A stretch of 64,000 nucleotides of DNA from an uncultured Pseudomonadota bacterium (lineage in GTDB: Bacteria > Pseudomonadota > Gammaproteobacteria > Ga0077536). The position numbers and the translations under genes are program-made. This document shows, in pieces, positions 37,857 through 48,099 of the stretch (position 1 is the first letter of the stretch; every line of letters begins with the position of its first letter). The notes under the pieces were generated by a model that made no database searches, was not told the origin of the DNA, and saw nothing but the letters and a program-made list of their open reading frames with translations. Location: NCBI GenBank assembly GCA_902597385.1, contig CACJXQ010000002.1, forward strand, positions 20,413-84,412. Reading direction: 5' to 3'.

Positions 37857-39101
37857 GTGGAATCCGTCATAGAGTTGAAATACGCCCTAGACACCTTTTA
37901 TTTTTTGGTGATGGGGGCGTTTGTAATGTTAATGGCATGCGGCTTTGCGATGCTAGAAGCAGGTTTGGTGAGATCAAAAAATACTGCTGAAATTTTAACA
38001 AAAAATATTGTTCTTTACTCCGTTGCTTGCACTATGTACCTATTGTGTGGGTATTCATTGATGTACCCGGGAGAGGGGTTAAACGCCTTGATTCCAGGTT
38101 TGCCATCAATCTTAGGCGGTGGTGATAATGAGGCAGCGGCTGTAATCGCTAGCGAAGGTGATATTTATTATTCGGGTCTGTCAGATTTCTTCTTTCAGGC
38201 GGTGTTCGTTGCAGCAGCAATGTCTATAGTATCTGGAGCAGTCGCTGAGCGAATGAAGCTTTGGTCATTTCTGCTTTTTGCAGTATTCATGACCGGCTTT
38301 ATTTATCCTATAGAGGGCTACTGGAAATGGGGCGGTGGTTTCCTTGATCAGAAAGGGTTTTTGGATTTTGCCGGGTCGGGAGTAGTACACATGGCCGGTG
38401 CGACTGCTGCTCTAGCTGGGGTCTTGCTCCTAGGGGCAAGAAAAGGAAAATATGGCCCTAACGGACAAGTTAATGCAATCCCAGGAGCCAATTTACCGCT
38501 CGCTACATTAGGGACCTTCCTGCTGTGGTTCGGCTGGTTCGGGTTCAATGGTGGGTCAGAATTAGTGGTCTCTGACGTTGCAGAATCTAATGCTGTATCT
38601 TTGATTTTCGTCAATACCAACGCAGCAGCAGCAGGCGGTTGTATACTGGCATTGATAACATCTCAGATAATGTTTAAGAAAGCAGACCTAACCATGGCAT
38701 TAAATGGTGCTTTGGCAGGATTGGTCTCGATTACTGCGGAGCCTCTTACTCCAACTCCTCTATTGGCAACTATCATTGGTGGAATTGGTGGAATAATCGT
38801 GGTCTTGTCGATAGTGTTTTTAGACAAGAATAAGATCGACGATCCAGTGGGAGCCATATCTGTCCATGGCACAGCCGGAATCTGGGGATTGCTTGCCGTG
38901 TGTCTGAGCAATAGTGATGCTAGCCTAGGGTCTCAGATACTTGGAATTGTAGTCATTTTTGGATGGGTTTTTGTAGCTTCGTTAATAGTATGGAGTATTA
39001 TAAAAGCCACTATAGGAATTCGCGTCAGTGATGAAGAAGAGAGCAAAGGGCTCGATGTTACGGACTGTGGATTGGATGCCTATCCGGAATTCACGAAGTA
39101 A
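37857..39101 (+). CDS. amtB: ammonium transporter (Amt family), no signal peptide
   Basis: 414 aa. GTG start with AGGAGG upstream. FAMLEAGLVRSKN...DFAGSGVVHMAGA...GWFGFNGGS...HGTAGIWG. Confidence 0.93.
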   Translation: MESVIELKYALDTFYFLVMGAFVMLMACGFAMLEAGLVRSKNTAEILTKNIVLYSVACTMYLLCGYSLMYPGEGLNALIPGLPSILGGGDNEAAAVIASEGDIYYSGLSDFFFQAVFVAAAMSIVSGAVAERMKLWSFLLFAVFMTGFIYPIEGYWKWGGGFLDQKGFLDFAGSGVVHMAGATAALAGVLLLGARKGKYGPNGQVNAIPGANLPLATLGTFLLWFGWFGFNGGSELVVSDVAESNAVSLIFVNTNAAAAGGCILALITSQIMFKKADLTMALNGALAGLVSITAEPLTPTPLLATIIGGIGGIIVVLSIVFLDKNKIDDPVGAISVHGTAGIWGLLAVCLSNSDASLGSQILGIVVIFGWVFVASLIVWSIIKATIGIRVSDEEESKGLDVTDCGLDAYPEFTK

Positions 39102-39157
39102 TTCATAGGAAAAAGGTAATTTTGCGAAGTTTTCGTTAAATTTCGCCTCGAAACCTG

Positions 39158-39186
39158 GCGGCCCCTTTTAGGGGCCGCTTTATTTT
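39158..39186 (+). terminator. rho-independent terminator after amtB copy 1
   Basis: GCGGCCCCT-TTT-AGGGGCCGC, a 9-bp GC-rich stem followed by TTTATTTT. Confidence 0.9.
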
Positions 39187-39299
39187 GTGGATTAACGAAA
39201 AATTCGACTGCTATAATAAGCTCTATAACATAGAATCTAATTGGCTTTTAATGTATTTAAGTAATAGATTTGGTTGAGGTTTTGAAAAGGGGGAACTAA

Positions 39300-39641
<342 letters not shown>

Positions 39642-39703
39642 GTGAATATTTATAAGTTTATTTTCAGAAAGAGAGTCGAGTTTAGACGGTCTTTATTGTT
39701 TAT

Positions 39704-40999
39704 ATGGGGGATATTTTGGTCATGTTACGTACAGTTTTAATTTTAATAACATTTTTCTTATCGGAGTCCGCCACAGCAGATGTTCTTAATACTGGTGATA
39801 CTGCCTGGATGGTGACAGCAACGGCTTTAGTGCTTTTTATGACATTGCCTGGCCTAGCTCTCTTTTATAGTGGTTTAGTTCGTAGTAAAAATGTATTGTC
39901 GGTATTAATGCAATGTTTTGCGTTGGCTTGTTTGATGTCTATTTTATGGATGGTCTTATGCTATGGTCTAGCATTCGGGGACGGCGGGGAGCTGAACTCC
40001 TATATAGGGCTGGGGCATTTTCTACTAGGGGAAACCTCTAGAGCAAATTTATCTGGGACTATTCCAGAGACTGTTTGGGTTATGTTTCAAATGACTTTCG
40101 CGATAATAACACCAGCGTTAATAGTTGGGGGCTTTGCTGAAAGGATGAAGTTTTCTTCGATTCTAGTTTTTAGTAGCCTTTGGTTAATTCTAGTTTATTC
40201 GCCGGTGTGTCATTGGGTTTGGGGTGGCGGTTGGTTGGGAGAGCTGGGGCTATTAGACTATGCGGGCGGAACTGTTGTCCATATAAATGCAGGAGTCGCA
40301 GCGATTGTGGCTGCCGTAGTACTTGGTAACCGCAAAGGGTTTCCAGACACTCCGATGCCTCCACATAATCTAACCATGACAGTAACAGGCGCATCGATGT
40401 TATGGGTTGGGTGGTTCGGCTTTAACGCTGGAAGTGCCTTAGCAGCAAATAATGACGCAGGCATGGCTATGCTGGCTACCCACATCTCAGCGGCCGCTGC
40501 ATCCTTAGCTTGGATGGCGATAGAGTGGTATAGGTTCGGGAAGCCCAGTGTTCTAGGAATAGTCACAGGAATGGTAGCAGGTCTTGGCACTATCACTCCG
40601 GCTTCAGGTTTTGTTGGTCCTCTTGGTGCCCTAATAATTGGAATATCGGCGGGCTTTGTTTGCTATTTTGCGACTCAAATTATTAAAAGAACTTTGAAAA
40701 TTGATGATTCCCTCGATGTTTTTCCAGTGCATGGAGTCGGTGGAATCCTCGGTACTATTCTGGCCGGTGTTTTTGTTTCAGCAGAATTTGGAGGATCTGG
40801 TTATAGTGAAGGCGTCACCATGGGTGCACAGGTGTGGATTCAAATAGTCGGCGTTTTGGCAACGCTCATTTGGTGTGGAGTAGTGTCTTTCGTGATCCTA
40901 AAAGTTGTAGATAGACTGATGGGTCTTCGCTCGTCAGAGGAAGATGAGACCCAAGGCTTAGACATCGCTGAACATAATGAGCGAGGGTACATTATTTAA
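39704..40999 (+). CDS. amtB: ammonium transporter AmtB with N-terminal signal peptide
   Basis: 431 aa. Signal-like MLRTVLILITFFLSESATA, then ALFYSGLVRSKN...DYAGGTVVHINAG...GWFGFNAGS...HGVGGILG. Confidence 0.95.
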   Translation: MGDILVMLRTVLILITFFLSESATADVLNTGDTAWMVTATALVLFMTLPGLALFYSGLVRSKNVLSVLMQCFALACLMSILWMVLCYGLAFGDGGELNSYIGLGHFLLGETSRANLSGTIPETVWVMFQMTFAIITPALIVGGFAERMKFSSILVFSSLWLILVYSPVCHWVWGGGWLGELGLLDYAGGTVVHINAGVAAIVAAVVLGNRKGFPDTPMPPHNLTMTVTGASMLWVGWFGFNAGSALAANNDAGMAMLATHISAAAASLAWMAIEWYRFGKPSVLGIVTGMVAGLGTITPASGFVGPLGALIIGISAGFVCYFATQIIKRTLKIDDSLDVFPVHGVGGILGTILAGVFVSAEFGGSGYSEGVTMGAQVWIQIVGVLATLIWCGVVSFVILKVVDRLMGLRSSEEDETQGLDIAEHNERGYII

Positions 41000-41021
41000 G
41001 ATGTTGTTCCAGTTGAGAGAG

Positions 41022-41045
41022 ATGGGGACGTAGGTCCCCATTTGG
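41022..41045 (+). terminator. rho-independent terminator after amtB copy 2
   Basis: ATGGGGAC-GTAG-GTCCCCAT, an 8-bp stem followed by TTGG. The U-tract is short. Confidence 0.6.
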
Positions 41046-41118
41046 CTCAGGAAGAGAAATTCAAGGGGTTGAATGTGGGAGTTCGGACGTTATTTTTTCT
41101 TAAAATTAAGGTAACAAG

Positions 41119-42156
41119 ATGAGTAGTGATAAGGTGGATATAAAAGTTCTGAGAGAACTCTCATTGCCCAACCCATTAACTCCTGAAAATTTTCAGGAGC
41201 TAGCTGGTAAGGCAAAAATGGAAAAAATAGCTAGCAATGCCCAGTTATTCAAAGCGGGCGATGTGGACAGAAAGACTATTTATCTACTGGAGGGAGATGT
41301 AAAGCTTTTGGACTCCAATGGTAATAAGACCTTGGTTAAATCAGGCACTGAAAATTCTCGAAAACCTTTAGCTAATTTCCAACCGAGACAGCACACTGCC
41401 ATCGCTGAAACTGAATGTAAGATTACAAGGATAGACACCGACTTGTTGGATATTTTAACTACCTGGGACCAGGTCAGTGGTATCGAAGTAAGTGATATTG
41501 AAGACCCTGCCTATGATAAAGAAGAGGACTGGATGACTCTTATGCTTAGGGAGAAAGCTTTTTTAAATGTCCCGGCTGGAAACATTCAAGCTATGTTTAT
41601 GAAAATGGAGGAAGTTCCAGTATCAGCCGGAGAGAGAGTAGTGACTCAGGGTGATGAAGGTGACTTCTATTATATTATTAGAAAAGGTTCTGCTAAGGTG
41701 ACGAGAGATTCGAAAGGCGGAGGCTTGATTACCCTTGCTACTCTAAGTGTGGGCGAGGCTTTTGGTGAGGAAGCGTTGGTTTCTGGAGCAGAACGAAATG
41801 CGTCAGTGATTATGGAAACAGAAGGGTCGCTTATGAGGCTTGCCGCTAAAGATTTTGAAGAATTACTAAAGGAGCCGATGCTTAATTCTGTTTCAAGAAA
41901 GGATGCTGAAGAGCTTGTAGAAGAGGGTGCAAAATATCTCGATGTTAGATTGGAGGAAGAATCAAATAATAATGGATTCCCGGGAAGCATAAATATCCCT
42001 CTGTTTATGTTGCGATTGGAGGCGGATTCTCTAGACAAGTCTTTGTCCTATGTGGTGTATTGTGACACTGGAAGGAAAAGCTCGGCGGCAGCTTTTTTGT
42101 TAAGCGAACGAGGATTTGAAACTCACGTTATAAATGGGGGGCTCCTCAACGGATAA
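41119..42156 (+). CDS. tandem cyclic-nucleotide-binding domains fused to a rhodanese domain
   Basis: 345 aa. The second cNMP domain has the canonical FGEEALV...ERNASV phosphate-binding cassette. The first domain lacks it. The C-terminal rhodanese is YLDVRLEEE...YVVYCDTGRKSSAAAFLLSERGF, with an active-site Cys loop. Confidence 0.75.
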   Translation: MSSDKVDIKVLRELSLPNPLTPENFQELAGKAKMEKIASNAQLFKAGDVDRKTIYLLEGDVKLLDSNGNKTLVKSGTENSRKPLANFQPRQHTAIAETECKITRIDTDLLDILTTWDQVSGIEVSDIEDPAYDKEEDWMTLMLREKAFLNVPAGNIQAMFMKMEEVPVSAGERVVTQGDEGDFYYIIRKGSAKVTRDSKGGGLITLATLSVGEAFGEEALVSGAERNASVIMETEGSLMRLAAKDFEELLKEPMLNSVSRKDAEELVEEGAKYLDVRLEEESNNNGFPGSINIPLFMLRLEADSLDKSLSYVVYCDTGRKSSAAAFLLSERGFETHVINGGLLNG

Positions 42157-42200
42157 AGTAGCCTTTATCCAAAAAGTAATGAAAAAGCGATCAAGCTGAA

Positions 42201-43031
42201 ATGGCCAAGCCTAAGAGATTTTATGTAGCTGGGGATCCGATCAAACATAGCCAGTCTCCTACGATTCATAAGGAATTTGCATCCCAGTTTGAAATGTCTA
42301 TTGAATACCTCAAAATGGAGGTGTCGAAAAATGATCTTAGGCAATTCCTATCTAAGTCAGTCGCTGATGGTATAAGTGGAATTAATTTCACCCTGCCTCT
42401 AAAGGAAGAGGCTTATTATTTAGTTGATAAGCATTCCAGAAGGGCGGCTTTCGCGAGGGCGGTTAACACGATTTGGGTTTCTGGCGAGGATGTTTGTTCC
42501 GATAATACCGATGGCATAGGTCTCGTTCGGGATTTGGAGAAAAATATTGGAATATCATTAGGCAATAAGAGGGTTTTGATTGCAGGTGCGGGAGGTGCTG
42601 CAAGAGGAATCCTAGGGCCTATTTTAGATCAGCTACCAAGTTTGATAACAGTAACTAATCGCACCAGAGAAAGATCGGTGTCCCTGTCAGCTTTGGCACC
42701 TAAAAAAAATGTCCAAATACTGGATTGGGGAGAAGAACCTCAGGAGCCATTTGATCTGATTCTAAACTGTACTTCCTTAAGCTTATCGGGAAGAGAACCA
42801 AATATTAAGGAGAGTTCTATTCATAAGGATACCGTTTGTTATGATTTGTCATATGGCCGCGACCTCACTTCATTTGAAAAATGGGCCTTTCGAGTCGGTG
42901 CTACCTCGGTTTTTAATGGTCTGGGTATGCTGGTTGAGCAAGCGGCTGAGGCTTTTTATTTGTGGCATGGGATTTTCCCTGATACCGAACCAGTTATAGA
43001 TAAGCTGAAAAGAAAAAACATACCTGATTAG
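42201..43031 (+). CDS. aroE: shikimate dehydrogenase
   Basis: 276 aa. VAGDPIKHSQSPTIHKEF...NFTLPLKEEA...NTDGIGLVRDL...GAGGAARG. Confidence 0.92.
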   Translation: MAKPKRFYVAGDPIKHSQSPTIHKEFASQFEMSIEYLKMEVSKNDLRQFLSKSVADGISGINFTLPLKEEAYYLVDKHSRRAAFARAVNTIWVSGEDVCSDNTDGIGLVRDLEKNIGISLGNKRVLIAGAGGAARGILGPILDQLPSLITVTNRTRERSVSLSALAPKKNVQILDWGEEPQEPFDLILNCTSLSLSGREPNIKESSIHKDTVCYDLSYGRDLTSFEKWAFRVGATSVFNGLGMLVEQAAEAFYLWHGIFPDTEPVIDKLKRKNIPD

Positions 43032-43034
43032 TTT

Positions 43035-44333
43035 TTAAAAAGCGTGCTTTGGAAGCCACGTTACTAATTGTGGGAAGAGGGCAAGAAGAAGCAAAACCAC
43101 CAATTGTATTCCAATAAAAGGTAACACTCCCTTATAGATTTCAGTAGTTTCAATTTCTTTTGGGGAAACAGCCTTTAAGTAGAAAATAGAAAACCCGAAG
43201 GGAGGGGTCAGAAAAGAAGTCTGAAGATTAATAGCCACCATTAATCCGAACCATAAAGGATCAATGTTCAGTAGGTGGCAAATCGGCACTAAAATGGGAA
43301 CAACGATGAAAGATATTTCTATGAAATCGAGAAAGAATCCCATTAGAAAAATCAACAGCATGCTCATAACTATGAATACTAGTTTCCCAGATTCTAGTGA
43401 TAAAAGGCTGTCACGAATAATAAGGTCTCCCCCTAAACCTTTGAAAACCAGTGAGAATGCTGTTGCTCCAACTAAAATTATGAATACCATTGAGGTTAAT
43501 TTCACGGTGTAGGCTGCAGACTCTCTCAGGGAATTAAAGCTAAATTCACCGGAGGCGATTGATAGAAGTAAGGCGCCAACGCAACCCAGGGCAGCCGATT
43601 CTGTTGGAGATGCAATACCTAGAATTATAGAGCCAAGCACAATGATAATTAGGAAAAGAGGGGGTGAAATAGAAATCAATACTGACTTCCAATCCACTGA
43701 AGAGATCTTTTTGGGTTTGGGAAATGAGTTTGGATTTTTCAGGCCATGAAAAACTAGATAGCCTACGTAAAGAATTATTAGGATAAAGCTCGGGATGATA
43801 GCACCCATGAAAAGTTTTCCTACCGCCACCCCCATAATGTCTGCTAATAAAATAAGCACTATACTAGGAGGTATTATTTGGCCAAGCGTGCCCGCAGTAG
43901 CAATCGTTCCTGTGGCGATTCCGGTTGGGTATTTTTGCTTAATCATCGCTGGTAACGCTATTACCCCCAAAGTGACAACGGTAGCCCCTACTACTCCAGT
44001 GGTCGCCCCTAATATAGCGCCGACAAGGACTGCTGAAATTGTTAGGCCACCCCGCAGGCTGCCTAATAAATCGGATAGGTCACGGAGAAGTCTTTCCGCT
44101 AGACCAGATCGCTCTAGGATCACCCCCATGAAAATAAAAAGAGGGACAGCGAGAAGAGTGAAATTGGTCATTATTCCGTAGATTCTCATCGGTAGTAAGG
44201 AGAAAATATCTAGTCCGAGTGTTGGTATGCCGAAGAAAATAGCAATAGCTCCCAACGTAAAGGCAACAGGGAAACCTAGTAACAGTGTAGCTACTAGCGT
44301 GCCGAACATGGCTAGTGCTAAAAATTCAATCAT
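43035..44333 (-). CDS. dctM: TRAP transporter large permease
   Basis: 432 aa and highly hydrophobic, with LLAVPLFIFMG and LTPPFGFSIFYLK motifs. It overlaps the small-permease gene in an ATGA. Confidence 0.88.
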   Translation of the reverse strand: MIEFLALAMFGTLVATLLLGFPVAFTLGAIAIFFGIPTLGLDIFSLLPMRIYGIMTNFTLLAVPLFIFMGVILERSGLAERLLRDLSDLLGSLRGGLTISAVLVGAILGATTGVVGATVVTLGVIALPAMIKQKYPTGIATGTIATAGTLGQIIPPSIVLILLADIMGVAVGKLFMGAIIPSFILIILYVGYLVFHGLKNPNSFPKPKKISSVDWKSVLISISPPLFLIIIVLGSIILGIASPTESAALGCVGALLLSIASGEFSFNSLRESAAYTVKLTSMVFIILVGATAFSLVFKGLGGDLIIRDSLLSLESGKLVFIVMSMLLIFLMGFFLDFIEISFIVVPILVPICHLLNIDPLWFGLMVAINLQTSFLTPPFGFSIFYLKAVSPKEIETTEIYKGVLPFIGIQLVVLLLLALFPQLVTWLPKHAF

Positions 44334-44839
44334 GAGCTTCTAATTATTGTGAGAAAATTTTGCTTCAGGCTTACAAAACCCTGAAGGGCTATAAGAAGAA
44401 ACCCTAAAGGGAGGGTTAGTTTTATAATCCATCGGTAGGGAAGGCCTCCTGGATCAGGTGACATTTCATTATGGTAGTAGGCATCATAAACGAAGGGAGC
44501 GGAAGTCATGATTATCACTACACAGAAAGGAAGTAGGAAGAAAAGTATACCGCAGACATCAACGAAAGCTCTATGTCGCTCTTTCAGTAACTTGCTGCGA
44601 TAGATTAAATCTACTCTTACGTGTTTGTCTTCTCGCAGAGTTATTGCACCCCCTAGCAAGAAAATTGCTGAGAATAAGTGCCACTCTAATTCTTGTAGTC
44701 CAACGGATCCAGAATTAAAAACATATCGCATGACAACATCACTAAAAGTTATGGAAACTAGGAGAATTAGCAATCCGCAAGTAAGGGGTTCTGTGCCTCT
44801 GATGATCTTATTAACGATACAGTTAATCAATTCGGTCAC
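44330..44839 (-). CDS. dctQ: TRAP transporter small permease
   Basis: 169 aa with 4 TM segments, immediately upstream of and overlapping dctM. No SBP gene is adjacent. Confidence 0.8.
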   Translation of the reverse strand: MTELINCIVNKIIRGTEPLTCGLLILLVSITFSDVVMRYVFNSGSVGLQELEWHLFSAIFLLGGAITLREDKHVRVDLIYRSKLLKERHRAFVDVCGILFFLLPFCVVIIMTSAPFVYDAYYHNEMSPDPGGLPYRWIIKLTLPLGFLLIALQGFVSLKQNFLTIIRSS

Positions 44840-44897
44840 TCTAAAAAAAAACCGATGGTTCTCTCTGGAGAACTTTGTTCCTCAGCTCTAAAAGTCT

Positions 44898-45707
44898 TCA
44901 TGGGCCAAAGTTTTTCCTCTCTTTTAACATCAAGTAGTTCGTTAGTTTTTCATATGTTTCGATAGATAAATTTTGAGCTCTGTCTTTTGGGTTTAATCCA
45001 AGAGATAAAAGTTCATCCGATGAAAAAAAATATTTCAAGGAATTGGATATAGCTTTTCTTCTATTGTTAAATGCTGACCGCGTTAAATTACTTAATTTAA
45101 CCTCAAAATCGTTCCTGATATTTATTGCTTTAGGTCTTATCTCTAGTACAGCAGAGTTTACCTTTGGTTCGGGAAAAAAACATTCTTTCCCAAGTTTGAG
45201 CTTAATATTTACTCGAGCCTTTCTTTGCAGTGCTATGCTCAGTCTCCCATAGTTGCTGGTATGGGGTAGTGCAACAATCTTTTCTGCAACTTCGAGTTGA
45301 GTCATTATGATCATTTTTGTAAATAGCGAGGGGTGGCTCAATAAATCTATTAGAATTTTGGTTGCGATATTATATGGGAGATTTCCAACTACCTTCCAAG
45401 GTTTCGGGGTTTTTTTTAACTTGTTCAAGTCAAACTGAAGAATGTCACACTGATGGAGAATGAAGTTTGGATTATTTTGAAATTTCTCAGTGAGTAGACG
45501 GCATAAATTGCTATCAATTTCTACTGCGTTAATTAGAGCGCCACTTTGAATTAGTCCCTTAGTGAGCACTCCTGTTCCTGGGCCTATTTCCAGGACATTG
45601 TCTTCTTGGCACGGTTTAACCAAAGCAATAATAGAACGTATTACATTTTGGTCTAATAAAAAATTTTGTCCAAATCTTTTTTTTGGCCGGATTGAGCTCA
45701 TGGTCAT
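44898..45707 (-). CDS. rsmA: 16S rRNA (adenine1518/1519-N6)-dimethyltransferase
   Basis: 269 aa. KKRFGQNFLLDQNVI...VLEIGPGTGVLT...VVGNLPYNI. Confidence 0.95.
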   Translation of the reverse strand: MTMSSIRPKKRFGQNFLLDQNVIRSIIALVKPCQEDNVLEIGPGTGVLTKGLIQSGALINAVEIDSNLCRLLTEKFQNNPNFILHQCDILQFDLNKLKKTPKPWKVVGNLPYNIATKILIDLLSHPSLFTKMIIMTQLEVAEKIVALPHTSNYGRLSIALQRKARVNIKLKLGKECFFPEPKVNSAVLEIRPKAINIRNDFEVKLSNLTRSAFNNRRKAISNSLKYFFSSDELLSLGLNPKDRAQNLSIETYEKLTNYLMLKERKNFGP

Positions 45708-45714
45708 TCAGTTG

Positions 45715-46731
45715 CTAGGCTTCGTTGGCCTTGGTGGCCAGAGCGGTTGCAATTTTAATCGCTTCTAGAAAGCTGGCATGGTTTGCATCACCAGTGCCTG
45801 CGAGGTGGTAAGCAGTGCCATGATCAACAGAAGTCCTGATGATTGGTAATCCAAGTGTTATATTGACAGCCTTTCCGAAGCTTACTGCTTTAAGTGGGGC
45901 CAAACCCTGGTCATGATACATCGCGACAATGACATCATATTTCACTCTTTCTAAGTTTGAGAATGCAGTATCCGCTGGAATAGGACCACTTACATTCACA
46001 CCGTATTTTATCAATTCCTGAACAGCAGGGTAAATTACGTCTTTGTCAGTAGTTCCTAAATGTCCATCTTCACCAGCATGAGGGTTAAGCCCGCAAATGC
46101 AAATTTTTGGAATGGGTATCTTGAATAGGTCTATCAGACTTCTATTTACGATATTTGTGATTTCGTATATTTTATGTTTAGTGATTGATGGAGTAACCTT
46201 ATCTAGAGGCAAGTGGGTAGTGGCGAGAACTACTCTCAGTTTTTCCGAAGCAAGCATCATCACAGGAGTTTTTACCCCCAATGCTTCCGCTAAATATTCT
46301 GTGTGGCCGGTAAATCCTACCCCTCCATTGTTAATAACTGCTTTGTTAATCGGACCTGTAACTAGGGCGTCAGCTATCCCGGTTGTAGTATGCCACAGTG
46401 CACTATTTAAACATTCTAAAATGTGTTCCGTGTTATCTGGATCGCTTTTGCCTGTTGTGACTGGATTCTGATTGACGATCGGATATATTTGCATAGTACT
46501 AGGTAGAAGGGGGCTAGCCTGCTCAAAATCGGTTATCTCTGAAATTCTAATAGGAATTCCAAGTTCAGCACTTCTTTCCTCTATAAGCCCAGGGTCAGTG
46601 AAATAAACCCTACAATCGTTAGATTCTTCCAAACACGATTTGATAGCGATATCCGGTCCGATTCCAGCCGGATCGCCTAGGCTGATGGCGATTCGATTAG
46701 CTTGCTGATTAGAGCGTAACACGGTACTCAA
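45715..46731 (-). CDS. pdxA: 4-hydroxythreonine-4-phosphate dehydrogenase
   Basis: 338 aa. GDPAGIGPDI...GHTEYLA...GLNPHAGE...MYHDQGL...RTSVDHGTA. The TTG start overlaps the surA end. Confidence 0.95.
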   Translation of the reverse strand: MSTVLRSNQQANRIAISLGDPAGIGPDIAIKSCLEESNDCRVYFTDPGLIEERSAELGIPIRISEITDFEQASPLLPSTMQIYPIVNQNPVTTGKSDPDNTEHILECLNSALWHTTTGIADALVTGPINKAVINNGGVGFTGHTEYLAEALGVKTPVMMLASEKLRVVLATTHLPLDKVTPSITKHKIYEITNIVNRSLIDLFKIPIPKICICGLNPHAGEDGHLGTTDKDVIYPAVQELIKYGVNVSGPIPADTAFSNLERVKYDVIVAMYHDQGLAPLKAVSFGKAVNITLGLPIIRTSVDHGTAYHLAGTGDANHASFLEAIKIATALATKANEA

Positions 46732-48022
46732 CGTATGCTTCGTCTCTTAGTCGACGAAGCCAAGACTCTCTTCTCTCCTCGATTTTTTGTCTTCGGATAG
46801 CTTCTCTAGCTTTCTGTCTTCTTACTGTTTCAGTATCGTCGTGCATCCTTTTATCTAAAACTTGCAGAATATGAAATCCAAATTCCGATTCGAAAGGAGC
46901 ACTTATTTCCCCGATTTCAGCGGCTAGCATTACTTCCTCAAATTCTGGTACCATTTTGCCTCGTTGAACCCAACCCAAGTCTCCTCCTTCCAAAGCAGAG
47001 GTCCTGTCATCTGAGTTGGTCCTAGCCAACTCGGCAAAATCTGCGCCGGATTCTAGTCTGAGTCTAATCTGACTAATTCTTCTAGAAGCTCCGGCCTTGC
47101 TTAGCAGGGCGTTTTCGGATAATAAAATATGTCTTGTCTTGAACTGTTCAACCATGATTTTCTTTCCGCTTCGTTGGTCGGTCAATTTTATCAAATGAAA
47201 GCCGCTAGAATTCGTTATTATGTTGCTTAACTCGCCCTTTTCCATTGAGCTGACAGAGTCAGCAAAGATAGATGGAATTTCCGTGCCCTTTCTCCACCCT
47301 AGATCGCCTCCCTCTAAAGCGTTGGTACTGTCAGAAACGCTTATAGCTACTGCCGAGAAATCGTCCCCGCCTAAAATAGACTTCCTGGCAGTTTCGATCT
47401 TTTCTCTTGCGGTCTTGAGCTCGCTATTAGAGGCATTGAAAGGTATCGACACTAAAATGTGGCTAAGCCTAAACTCTTCTTGCGAATCTCCTGTGCTAGA
47501 GTCGTTTCGGAGGTAATGGTCGATCTCACTCGGGGCGACTCGAATTCTTTTATCAATTTCGTTTTTCCTTAATTTAGCTATTAGTATTTCCTGTCGTATT
47601 TGATTACGAAAATAGTCTAAATCATAACCCTCATCTGTGATTGTTTTTATAAATTCATCCTTAGAAAGTTTGTTTTTTCGGGCAATATCTGCCAAAGCTC
47701 TGGCGAGAGATTTGTCCGAGACTTCAACACCAGATTCTACCGCAACAGCTAACTGTATTTTTTCAAACACCAATCTTTCCAGTACTTGCCGTTCCAACAC
47801 GGCTGCTGGAGGCATCCTGGTTCCTTGTGACCTAATTTGATTGCGGACTCTGCTCATTTGATCTGTTAGTTCACTTTCTAGAATTACATCTTCTTCAACC
47901 ACGGCTAAAATTTTATCTAGCTCGGCATTGGTAATGATTGGGTATACTGCCATGCTAGAGAAAAAAGCTAAAGTCAGTAAATAATGCTTTAGAATATTTT
48001 GTTTTTTCAGAAGTTTTTCCAT
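46709..48022 (-). CDS. surA: periplasmic chaperone/peptidyl-prolyl isomerase SurA
   Basis: 437 aa with a signal peptide and two parvulin blocks (GGDLGW...GFHLIKL and GGDLGWV...GFHILQV). It sits between lptD and pdxA. Confidence 0.93.
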   Translation of the reverse strand: MEKLLKKQNILKHYLLTLAFFSSMAVYPIITNAELDKILAVVEEDVILESELTDQMSRVRNQIRSQGTRMPPAAVLERQVLERLVFEKIQLAVAVESGVEVSDKSLARALADIARKNKLSKDEFIKTITDEGYDLDYFRNQIRQEILIAKLRKNEIDKRIRVAPSEIDHYLRNDSSTGDSQEEFRLSHILVSIPFNASNSELKTAREKIETARKSILGGDDFSAVAISVSDSTNALEGGDLGWRKGTEIPSIFADSVSSMEKGELSNIITNSSGFHLIKLTDQRSGKKIMVEQFKTRHILLSENALLSKAGASRRISQIRLRLESGADFAELARTNSDDRTSALEGGDLGWVQRGKMVPEFEEVMLAAEIGEISAPFESEFGFHILQVLDKRMHDDTETVRRQKAREAIRRQKIEERRESWLRRLRDEAYVEYRVTL

Positions 48023-48099
48023 GGTCGTTTCAAATAGGCTATCAATAGAAAAGTTAACGAGATTATAAAAGGATTTCCCTGGTCCGCCTAGTGAATTTA

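Noticed and set aside
39241-39256. TTGGCTTTTAATGTAT upstream of glnK copy 2, considered as a sigma-54 promoter.
   Set aside because: There is no GC dinucleotide at the -12 spacing.
43795-44181. Plus-strand 128-aa ORF, representative of many shadow ORFs in the track (also 468..698-, 1934..2137-, 15176..15517-, 23172..23480-, 31625..32008-, 38348..38620-, 40258..40596-, 41670..42038-, 46097..46471+, 47220..47516+, 52997..53338+, 58777..59220-, 62499..62909+, 63135..63464+ and others).
   Set aside because: Each lies entirely inside a strongly supported CDS on the opposite strand or in another frame. Their compositions are low-complexity or odd (Pro/Ser/Arg- or Ile/Phe-rich), as is typical of antisense frames.
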